A program made the position numbers and the translations under genes. The notes under the pieces are model-generated. The model saw only the letters and a list, made by a program, of their open reading frames with translations. It did not search any database and was not told where the DNA came from. A DNA stretch of 55,903 nt, filler included, from Platydemus manokwari (lineage: Eukaryota): assembly GCA_037951405.1 (NCBI GenBank). It is 5 parts of 5 records of this genome, joined end to end, with 100 filler letters (N's around TTAATTAATTAA, not from the genome) between each part and the next. Parts side by side here need not be neighbours in the genome. Positions count along the whole stretch, not along the records: positions 21,634 to 35,303 come from JBBMOY011651402.1; positions 35,404 to 46,806 come from JBBMOY010697763.1; 3 more parts are not named here. The stretch is one strand, 5' to 3'. The stretch's first letter is position 1; every line of letters starts with the position of its first letter. Below, piece after piece: positions 28,801-38,720 of this stretch.

Positions 28801-30055
28801 GATATAGAAAAAGCTTTCCTATTTATACACTTATTAACAGTGCTTCTTACTCTAGAAAAATAGAACTTTCAGAAAGTAAACTTATTAATCGAGATAATAA
28901 ATGAAAAGCGTAATGTAGCATTTATATGTGAACATCACATCCTGAGCAACATAAATTTAGCATGTTAAGTAAGAATGACGAATATTCATGATAATTTTCA
29001 ACAAAGTAATCAATCCCATTCTCGTCTAAATGGACAATGACATTACATATCGCATTTTCTTGAAATCCACAAAACTACATGCTTCATCATGCCGACGATA
29101 GCATGGTTGTCTAAAAGACATGAAATGACTTCAAGATATAGCACTAATAGATGCACATAAGCAAAAATATAATAGTAGCTTCGAATTTAAGGCAGAGAAA
29201 TATGGAAGACTCTGTAACATCAAAGTAGGAAATAAACAAAAAGAAAAAAGTGATAATCATAAAGTTAAAAGAAAAATAATCATCTAAGATCAGAGTGAAA
29301 GTCTACTATCAGTAGTTATGCATAAATTATGTTCACGCATTAAAAAATCTTTCAAAGAATTGGTCACTTACGAAACACTACAAAACTGATTCTTTACTTT
29401 TCACACTGATTACATTCCATCCAGTCTCTCTTTGCTATATTTTAGATTTTATTGACATTTTAAACGATCTTATGAATTTTGTAATGGGATTCAATACATA
29501 ATTTCTATTCATATATTTTTATTTTACTTTTATCTCATATTATCCAATTGATCAATGGTTTATAATGGACCAAACATAATAGTAAAAAATTATTAAACCA
29601 TTTAATGTGAAATAAACGTGTTCTTTAAAAATAATTTAAAATTCACATAATAAAGACTGCTAAAAACATGAGAATTTGAATCATACATGGATTGAACAGT
29701 GTGCTGATGTTATCTTAAAATAAATATAATAATAAAAATAGAAAAATTACTTGATTGACATTTTTAATAATTCCAAATAGATGATGTTAAACATGTTCCA
29801 CTGCACAAATCGTTAATAATTAAACATCATTTACAATACATTTGATAATTTGATCACTTACAATGAGCATTGCTTAGAAATCCATTACAGTTGGAATGGA
29901 CAATACAACAGCACATATAAAGAGTTAATTGGCATTTTCATCACCATTCCAGATACAACAAAGCAATTTACGTTAAATAACTGAAATGGAAATTTTACCT
30001 AATTTCTGATTATCATGAATTGAACTGGCAAATGAAATAGTTCTTCAAAATTCTT

Positions 30056-30273
30056 TTATGGTTTCACAAAATGATATCCTTGCCAATTTTGATTTGATTT
30101 CTTCCGACTTGCAGGCAGAGTACTGCTAGTATACATCACTAATACACATGACCCTTTAGTATTATCATAGAAGAATGATTTGCATTGATTTTCACGAACA
30201 CATCTGCAAACAAATATCAACACATTATCAAATTTAATAAAATATTTTACAATGAAGCACAATGTAGTATAGT
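30056..30273 (-). pseudogene. C-type lectin + PAN protein, copy 3, 5'-truncated
   Basis: Exon 2 (30203-30056: CVRENQCKSFFYDNTKGSCVLVMYTSSTLPASRKKSNQNWQGYHFVKP*), intron 30250-30204, and only the last codons of exon 1 (TILHCAS(L), cf. TKLHCGSL). Everything upstream is unrelated sequence. Confidence 0.85.
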
Positions 30274-30507
30274 AATCTAGTAATCCTGATAGTAATAGTA
30301 ATGTTAATATCAAGAATGATAATCAGCTACCGTCAGCAACAGATAACTTTAAACAGAAACAGAAGAACCCAGGATACTCGATGTTAAAAGTACAGTACAT
30401 AATGTATCTGGTGTATAATGTAAAGTATAAAGTACAGTACATAGTGTATCTACTGTATAAAATAAATCGTTTAAGTGTTTTTGTAAAACAAGTATTTATA
30501 TTTTAGA

Positions 30508-32043
30508 ATGAGCCACAAACTCACAGAAACAGATGAAACTACCATGCCCAAGAGAAAAGGAATATCAGTAAAGAAGACGGTAAAAGCCCGGATCTTTCAT
30601 GACAGAATAGAAGCGTTTATGAATGTAAACCATTGGAGGCAGACCAATATTACAAGGGTACAAGATATGCCCAATTGCCTAAAGGAAAAAGCAGTTGGAG
30701 AAAGGCACCTCGTCAATCCAAAGAAAAATTTGGGGAGTTGAACAGCGACTGCCTCCTAATCTAGAATCACAGATCCTTTTTGCGAATGAAAATGACGGAG
30801 AAGGATATTAAAAGAAGAGTGCGATTTGTCTATGTGGCATTAGCACAACCGGAATTCGCCAGTGGGCTTGTTCCGATAGCTGTTCATATTAGATTATCAA
30901 GGGCAAGTGACGTATTCTAACGTAATTACCCCCAAAGCTCAGCTTTTGGATTACCGAACGACTCAACATGGCCTAATTGAAGAAACGATTCAAGGAAGAA
31001 GAGATGAACTATTGGCCAAAGAGGAAGTCAATAAACTATTGAAGGGAACAATAGTTATCGGCCACAGAGTATTAGAAGGACTAATAGCTCTGAGAATCAC
31101 CCTTGGAGACCTATGTGGAGTGAAGGAACTATAAAATTTGCCAGTATTTGGAGAAGATAGCGTAAAGAGGAGTAAAGGGAGATTCACTCTCCAAAGATTT
31201 GCAAGTCAATATATCGGCTACGAGTTCCCGAGAAGATTTACGAAATATGAAAAAAGTCACATAGTGGAAATAATAAAGAAAATCTAACTTGCGGGGAAGC
31301 TAGGTGGACGGATCATTACTTATTCGAACCCAAGGAAACCAGAGAAGAAAGGAAGGACAAGGAAGAAACCAAGGTGTGAATCCCGTCCAAGAAAATAGAG
31401 CAGCCCAAGAAAACAGAACAGTCAAAGAAAACGGAACAACCAACGAAGAAAAAGGAGACTGGGAAGACTCAAATCTCATCACGGATAATGCAAAAACCCA
31501 GACCATCCACAAGCAGTGGAACAGGAGAATGCCAACCCTCCACCAATAAAAGGATTAAGTTAGAGGAAATTGATATTAAATAGATGCTATGGGACACTCC
31601 AGACTCTGTAGAGATTCTGGATGAAGATGAACTATGGAAATATACTAAAAGCCTTGATTTGGACAACCCAGAGTCCAAGATTATATACGAGTGGCATACT
31701 CGCGCGGAGGTGGAAGAGAAGAGATACTTCACCCTGGAAGACGAAGAAGTGCAGCCACAAGAATCCCAAGCAAGGGAAAGTCGAGAGGGTACAGTCCCTG
31801 GAAGAAAGAATCGCAGAGTTGGAACGCAAAGGCGCAAAAAAGCAAATTCAGAAAAGAAAAGAAAATGGAAGGAGGCGAAGACGCAATTCGACCTTAATGA
31901 AGTCCCTCTCCAACAAATCCAAGAGGATGGGGACATATTTCAGCTAGGCTATTTAGCCTATTTCTGTAAAAGAACCGGAGAAGAGCGCCGTATCAAGAGG
32001 AAAATATGAGCGCGGAATTAGAAATGAAAAGACATTGAATTAG
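30508..32043 (+). pseudogene. Decayed ~510-codon accessory ORF with a Rex4/ISG20-like DEDDh 3'-5' exonuclease fold and a charged C-terminal tail
   Basis: Read across frameshifts and stops: ..AVHI/DYQGQVTYSNVITPKAQLLDYRTTQHGLIEETIQ..AKEEVNKLLKGTIVIGHRVLEGLIALRI..FTLQRFASQYIGYEF.., matching the Rex4 pattern VN..G.V.YD.YVKP...V.DYRT..SGI..V..LLKGRILVGH....DL..L..SLK.LA...LG. Then KKxEQ(P/S) x3, an acidic block and a coiled-coil/basic end. Confidence 0.75.
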
Positions 32044-32160
32044 AATTTTGATTGTGATTTTAATAATGATTATATTTTTGGGCGAATTAATAAATGTATT
32101 TTGTTGTTTGATTTTATTGTTTTTGAGATTAGGAAATTTCAAAAATTTTGAGGGGGCGAA

Positions 32161-33120
32161 TGAAGAGTACACATTGTAAAAATAGTTAAATACAAACGAA
32201 AGTAAATTTCTGAAAATAAAAGTTAAGTTTAAAGATAAAGAAAATAAATTAATTTTATTAAAATTAGATAATAAAGTAGAAAAATAATTTTTAAATTAAA
32301 TTATTAATAAGAAAAAAATAATTATTTGAATAAATAAAAAAAATAAGAAATTTTAAATTATTATTAGAAAAAAGAAATTTGTTTTAACAAATTAAAATAA
32401 TTATATAGAAGCCAAGATTTTAAGAAATTATCGATCAACATCGGGTGATATTGATCCAAATGTAGGAGTTGAATATACATGTCAAATCGGGTTAGAGAAA
32501 AGTGCTGCAAGTGGTGCGAACACAATAACAGTATATAAAGGCGAACTTATAGTGAACAAGTCATAATTAATCAGGACCAAAGAAGCGTAGTGATTAGAAA
32601 TCAGGATTATCAAAAGCCCACAAGAAAGAATAGTGAATTGTTTTATCAGGAAACCTTAGAAGAGCAAATCGACAGGTTATTTTGTTTTTGATTTCAGTAA
32701 TAGTGAAATATTCGAGGAAGTAGTATTCCCGAATATTGAAATCAGTAAATTAACTAGTGATAGAATATTCGCGGATAGTATCCCGAATATTAGTTTTTCA
32801 ATTGTATTGTGATATTCGTGGACAGTGCTTCCCGAATATCGGTATTGTATTGTAGAGTGTATAGAGCGTCCGTACCCCGTTACGCACGCTGGTAGTTTGT
32901 AGTATCGACCAGGAGTAGTCCTCGGTCAGTAATTCAAATTGGTGAGCGGACCAGTTCCGTGATTATAACAAAACTTTATTAGGGGCTAGGCCTTTTGTGT
33001 GATTAATAAAGAGTTGTATATATACTGTTATAGAAATATAACTTAGTGTGCAACTTTGTTTTGAATTTGGACTCAGGTTATTACGAGGATTGTTGCGCTC
33101 TACACTCGGTAGACCCAACA
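32161..33120 (+). mobile_element. LTR family copy B (3' LTR, 960 bp)
   Basis: TG...CA termini, preceded by a PPT; TATATAAA at ~32533 and AATAAA at ~33005; colinear with 51505-52445. Confidence 0.85.
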
Positions 33121-34494
33121 TTATTATTATTATTACTATTATTATTATTATTATCAAGATATTAAACAGATAATTATGGAGAACATAATAATAACAAAAC
33201 AATAATAATTATATTAATAATACAATAGTAAATAAGCCAAGCGAATAAAATAAAACCCGTAATAAGATTTATTTAAGAAACTAAAAATTTAACAAGAACA
33301 AAAAGAGCAACAAAGAACGGCAAACCGTGAAATGCACTATTAAAGTAGATTTTGGATAAAAATCTAACTGAGGGATATGAAAAATACAAAATGGAGCCGA
33401 CTATTGTTATTAATAAATGATTAATTTAATTAATTAATTTTTTTAAGAATTTATTACAATGCTATGACTAAATATGATACGAAATTTAATCACTCTTAAA
33501 ACTCCATAAATCTCCTTGTCAGTTCGGTTTCCGTGTAATCTCGAAATAACTCCTGCTCTGGTAGACTTAAGAATTTTTTTTAGTGAGTAAATACTACAAA
33601 CAGTAATTTCTTAATTAATAATTTTTGAACTGATGACATCGCTTATCACGTCTCCATTTATTTTAAACATTTTATTTAATATATGGTGATTTTCTCGTTT
33701 TTTCCAAATTTAATGTCTCTATTCTATTTCATTTGTTAATAACTATATAGCAATTTTTTGTTTTAGCATTTTATATCTCGTTATTATTTTTATTTGCTTT
33801 TTATTTATCATCGATTATTAATTACAGGATCTGTAATTCGGTGATATACGTAGCCTTGAATACTCGATTGTTGAGCTATTTGAAGTCAAAATTGATGAAA
33901 CATTCAACTCTATGTTAACTTACGGTAACATTTATTTCCTCAGTATTTTTGTGAGAATATAATTTGGTGACTAAAATTTTTTTACTTGCTTTTGATTCAA
34001 TTGAGAAATTTAATATTTACCGATAACAACATTGGCAATATTGATAGAATTGAATAAATGTAGACCCATTTAGTAGAAAACCCTTTAGCAGAATTGATTT
34101 GTAAACTATCTCCGTCGATTTTCAACTAAGAAATTTTTTAAAAATATTCTTACCACTTTTTTCTGAATTTCATAGTGATAATTTTTATTTATTTATATTT
34201 TTTAATCATAAGAATTTTTTCTCTGAAAAATATAAACATCTACTACTTTAAGTCAATTAATTCATTAATTTTTAAAATAAACCTAATTTATTTAAAACAA
34301 AAAATTAACATTTGGTTTAAAAATTAAAACAAATTATTGCTAATATATTTATAAAGCCGAAATTATAATTTCACCAACCTAACAAAATTTATAATCGAAA
34401 AACAGAAAGCAAAACATTTATTGCATCAATTCAAAAATTCCAAAAGCGATAAAATAATCAAGGAGGTCTAAAGATACAACAAAACTCAATTCTT

Positions 34495-34751
34495 TCAACG
34501 ATTGCCATTCATAGAGGTTCCGTGTAAGTATTTTTTTTCTAGATACATTAATTCAGGTGGGATGAGATTCGAGCCATTTATTCCCTTTACACTAATTCGA
34601 CTAGGACGCACCATAATGCCATGATCAGGTGGGCATACAAAATATCGCTTATTTAATACCAACCCATCGTGTTTACCAGTTTTATGACGTAGCTCAATAC
34701 CAACCCATATACCATCCGAAAAGTTAACGGATCCAACATATCGAACGATAC
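34495..34751 (-). CDS. Terminal exon encoding a CAP-Gly domain, CLIP3/CLIP4-like
   Basis: Acceptor ..taatgacAG, then GIVRYVGSVNFSDGIWVGIELRHKTGKHDGLVLNKRYFVCPPDHGIMVRPSRISVKGING..*. GK(N/H)DG motif present; the VRPSR-x4-GING tail is typical of the last CAP-Gly of CLIP4-like proteins. Upstream exons not found. Confidence 0.88.
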
Positions 34752-35303
34752 CTGTCATTATAAACTTCATTAAAATCGTTTACAAAATAATGCAAATTTG
34801 AATGAATCACACGTGTCTTGGATTAAACGATTAATTTTGTATTATCGGATTAAATAAATAATGATTGCAAATCTACGAATAATAATGTTGATATAGACAA
34901 ATGATCTTCGTCTTACCATAAAAATTAATGAACAATTAAATTTTAAACAATATTGATTACAATCTAAAATATATAATGAGCACTGAGAATATTAAAATAA
35001 CATTTCGTACAAATGTCAGTGATCGAATTACTTTAAAATATCGCAGCGATTTTAAAATTAAACTGATTTATGTTAGAAAGTAATTATAATCATAAAAAAA
35101 TACTTAATAAATTAAACTTTATTATTTCTATTCATCACATTGGATATAGGACATGGAAAACTGTTGGTAATAATGGCAATCACAATAATAAAGATCGTGT
35201 TATCAATATTGGCAATAATAATACAGGGAAAAATAATAATTATAATGTGTACAAAATAGGAAATAATAACAATAATATGAAAATGATATTAATAAATCAA
35301 TTA

Positions 35304-35403
35304 NNNNNNNNNNNNNNNNNNNNNNNNNNNNNNNNNNNNNNNNNNNNTTAATTAATTAANNNNNNNNNNNNNNNNNNNNNNNNNNNNNNNNNNNNNNNNN
35401 NNN
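35304..35403. other. Assembly gap with TTAATTAATTAA linker
   Basis: N-run + linker + N-run, followed by (TTA)n at 35404-35460. Confidence 0.95.
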
Positions 35404-35423
35404 TATTATTATTTTTATTATTA

Positions 35424-35458
<35 letters not shown>

Positions 35459-37289
35459 TAGTAATAACACCGTATAACTCTCTAGAATATTATTCGTTAA
35501 ATAATCCTTCGAGAATAAGGCACTATACTAAAGATTTTATTTTTAATATTCCAAAATTTTGACCTAGCCTCTTATCAAGAAAAGTCTTACTTAGTGATAC
35601 ATTGAAATTAAAAGATTTAGTAAGGTTCCTAATGCTTATAAGATTTTATAATCAGTGTAAAATCTTTCTTAATCCGTAAGTGCTGTTGGAAGACAAATGG
35701 ATCTGTTCGAAGTCTTCATGCAGCATGTAAAGTAGTAGGGAATTAAAGTTAAGAATAATCTGGTGAAAAATTTGCTTAACACATTGTGAAGACTGTCATT
35801 ATCAATTGATTATAGATGTCAGATCAAATGTTTACTCTGCAAATCGAACTTAATATGACACGCTCACCTTTTGTTATCGATATTGGCCTCTGAAAATTAA
35901 TAGAATGAATCTAGCACAAATATAAATTTGTTTTGACTAATAAACGGCTGGTTTTTTTATAATGAATCAGTCAAAGTAGGTTTTAGATGATTTAGATTTA
36001 TAAGTTAACATCAACATAATAGTGTTGCCTTTGATTTGGGGTTTTTATTTTCGACCTAGATCAATATCAATCTTGTTTTTTCTTTTCGACATTTGAATAA
36101 CTTGAGAAATTATCGATTTGAAATATTATTTTTAAATTTCAGCTTTAACTTTTATTTGTTTTATGTATTGCAATTGATGACTGACCAATTGTTTGAAAGG
36201 TCAGAATTTTATTTTTAGAAATTGATCTGTTTAGTGCAACACTTTGAAAGAATTAGAAATCTTCGAATAGAAATCCAAATTAATTTTAAAAAAAATTAGT
36301 TTTTGTCCTCATTAATACAGTGAGGTTTATAATTCAAATAAAATTAAGATTAATAATTAAAAAAAATATTTTTAAATGATTATGTTAAAAATATTTAATA
36401 TATGTATTTTTGAAATGGTCTTGCTCAAAACATTACTGCAATCTGTCAATTTGTTAAAAAATATGTTGAGAATAATTTTTATAAAAATTATTTTTAAGGT
36501 AATAAATTGAAAATAATCGAATATTTGTTTATAATGAATGTATTACATATTATTTGTGTGGTGAAATTATGTGTTTTGAATTAAACATGAAAAATGAAGA
36601 AGTTTCAACAACTAACAATAATATTAGGAAATTTATAAAGATATGGTTAGCACTTGATTTCACAATAGTTTTTTTTTCATATTTGGTAAAAGTAGCTTAG
36701 ATTAAGACATCACTTTAAATATTGATAATATAAAGAATCGTTGATCTTTTGTCAGAATAATTTCTATTAAATTGTGATATTTATTAATCTGGATTCATTG
36801 AGATAAAAAAATTTACTAATATTTCATTTCTTTTCAGATATTATTAGATTCTAACCCATAAGACCTTTTTAAAAATTGTATTGGAACTTTTTTAAATATA
36901 ATATGTTAACGTGATCGATTGAGATCAATTCGATTCTCAAAAGAATAAATAATCTTCCAATTTGGGGAAAATTTCTTATCTGTTTGTTTGTATTGGATCT
37001 ATCAACAGTATGCAAGTAAAGCAGACAATATAATCATTTGAAGATGAGTAACAGTTTATGTCGTACATTAAAAGAATGTTAAAAATTTATTGTCATTTTT
37101 CAACATTAGTTGTTAAATGTAGTCGAACTCCGTTCACATCAACCTGCTTAATATTAAAACTTTGTTTATATCAACTTAATCGAAAATTAATTTGTCATTT
37201 ACTATTGATTATTGGTAATTTATTTCGTTTAATAACATCTCATTTATTTAAACTTCACAAATTTGATTTACTGGATTATCGGTTATATA

Positions 37290-38720
37290 TTTGAGTTTTA
37301 AGGAGCACAAATAAACGTTATGAATATAAGGTATACAGGGTAAGTTTAAGTTGAGCTAATGATGGTAAACTAGTGGTTATTGATAAAGTGGAATCAAGAA
37401 TCGAAGCATGAATGCAAACAAAGTAGATATCATCAGTAGTCGAACATATGTCATCATAAATTATAAACTGCATAAAATTTCAAAAATAAAGCTTAGCAGG
37501 AACAATAAATTTTTCAAATAAAAAAATAGAACAAGAGAAAGACAGACAACTTCATTGGTGAGATAATAGCCTAATTCGGAAGAAACATTAATGATGAAGA
37601 CAGATCCACAAAAAAAACTGAAAGAAAGGCCTCGATTATTTGAGATCACCAGGAATAATAGAAACTTATTCATGGCAAATCATTGGGATATTGTACAGAA
37701 TTAGTGAAACAAATGATAATCCATTAAACCACAACCCGCGAAAATATAGAAGAGATCGCAGTGAAAACCATCGTGGAATACTCCTTTGTATATTAAAAAA
37801 AGGAAAGGAAATATATCATACTATACCTTGATTTTAGACAGTTAAATTAAATAATACAAAGACAATCTTTTCCAATGCCAAATGTAAAAGAAATGTTAAA
37901 TGTATTATACAGTTTTAAATACTTTATTGATTTTGGTAATATGTATTACCAAATAGGATTCGATGAAAAGTCCCAAAAATAGCATTTTCAACAAAAAACG
38001 GTCAATATTGTTTCACTATTATGCCACTTGGAATTTCAGCTGCACCTGGTATTTTTCAAGAATTAATGACTAAAGTACTTAATGGTATGGGAGACACAGG
38101 CCTTATGGTTTACTTAGATGATATATTAATAATTTATAAAACAGTAGGACACTGTAAAACCTTATAAGAAGCAATGCAGAGAACTATGAAAGTTAGATTA
38201 CGAATAAAAATATTAAAAGAAATCAAGCTTCTAGGCCACATAATAAGTAAATAAAGAATCAAACCATACTCAAATAAAATTGAAGAAACTTAATTCTTAA
38301 ATACAGATCGATAAAGGATGATATCAATTCGATAATAAAAGATAAACAAAAAACTATCTAGGTTCTAATACCACCAGAGATTAAATACACATTGACTTAG
38401 TTAGGCATAAGTTATATTTGATAAGAAAATAGACAGATCCCAGTGACATGTCAATAGCAAAGTGGATAGGGAAGATATCAAAAGATATATTGAGGAAAAT
38501 CAGAAAAGATAAACAGTAGAAATAACAAAACTCAAACTTAAGTTAGGGGACAATGTATTTATTAATAAAAAAGTACGGACCAAATACCAATAAAGATTCA
38601 ATGGCCCATATGAAGTGATACGAAAGAACCATAAAATGAGTCATCGATTACAGAGAAAAAATGGTGCAGTGATAACAAATAGTGGTAGAGAAAATCAAAT
38701 CTTTCATTGGATATGAGGAC
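37290..38720 (+). mobile_element. Ty3/Gypsy remnant with RT core and integrase GPY/F tail, multiply deleted
   Basis: FIDFGNMYYQIGFDEKSQK/IAFSTKNGQYCFTIMPLGISAAPGIFQELMTKVL..MVYLDDILI (YLDD 38111-38122), IKLLGHII, and LKLGDNVFINKKVRTKYQ*RFNGPYEVI (~38535-38620). Boundaries are approximate. Confidence 0.9.

Larger units (their letters stand above)
30274..33120 (+). mobile_element. 3' part of an LTR retroelement: accessory ORF + PPT + 3' LTR
   Basis: Purine-rich intronless decayed ORF 30508-~32043, PPT GAGGGGGCGAA (32150-32160), LTR TGAAGAG...CCCAACA (32161-33120). The left boundary is placed where homology to the lectin gene ends. Confidence 0.75.

Noticed and set aside
31300-31936. Minus-strand ORFs of 70 and 155 aa
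   Set aside because: Antisense shadows of the purine-rich plus-strand accessory ORF.
32707-32840. CRISPR-like array (palindromic ~30-nt repeats with spacers)
   Set aside because: Only 2-3 non-identical units inside a eukaryotic LTR, AT-rich spacers partly shared between loci, and no cas genes.
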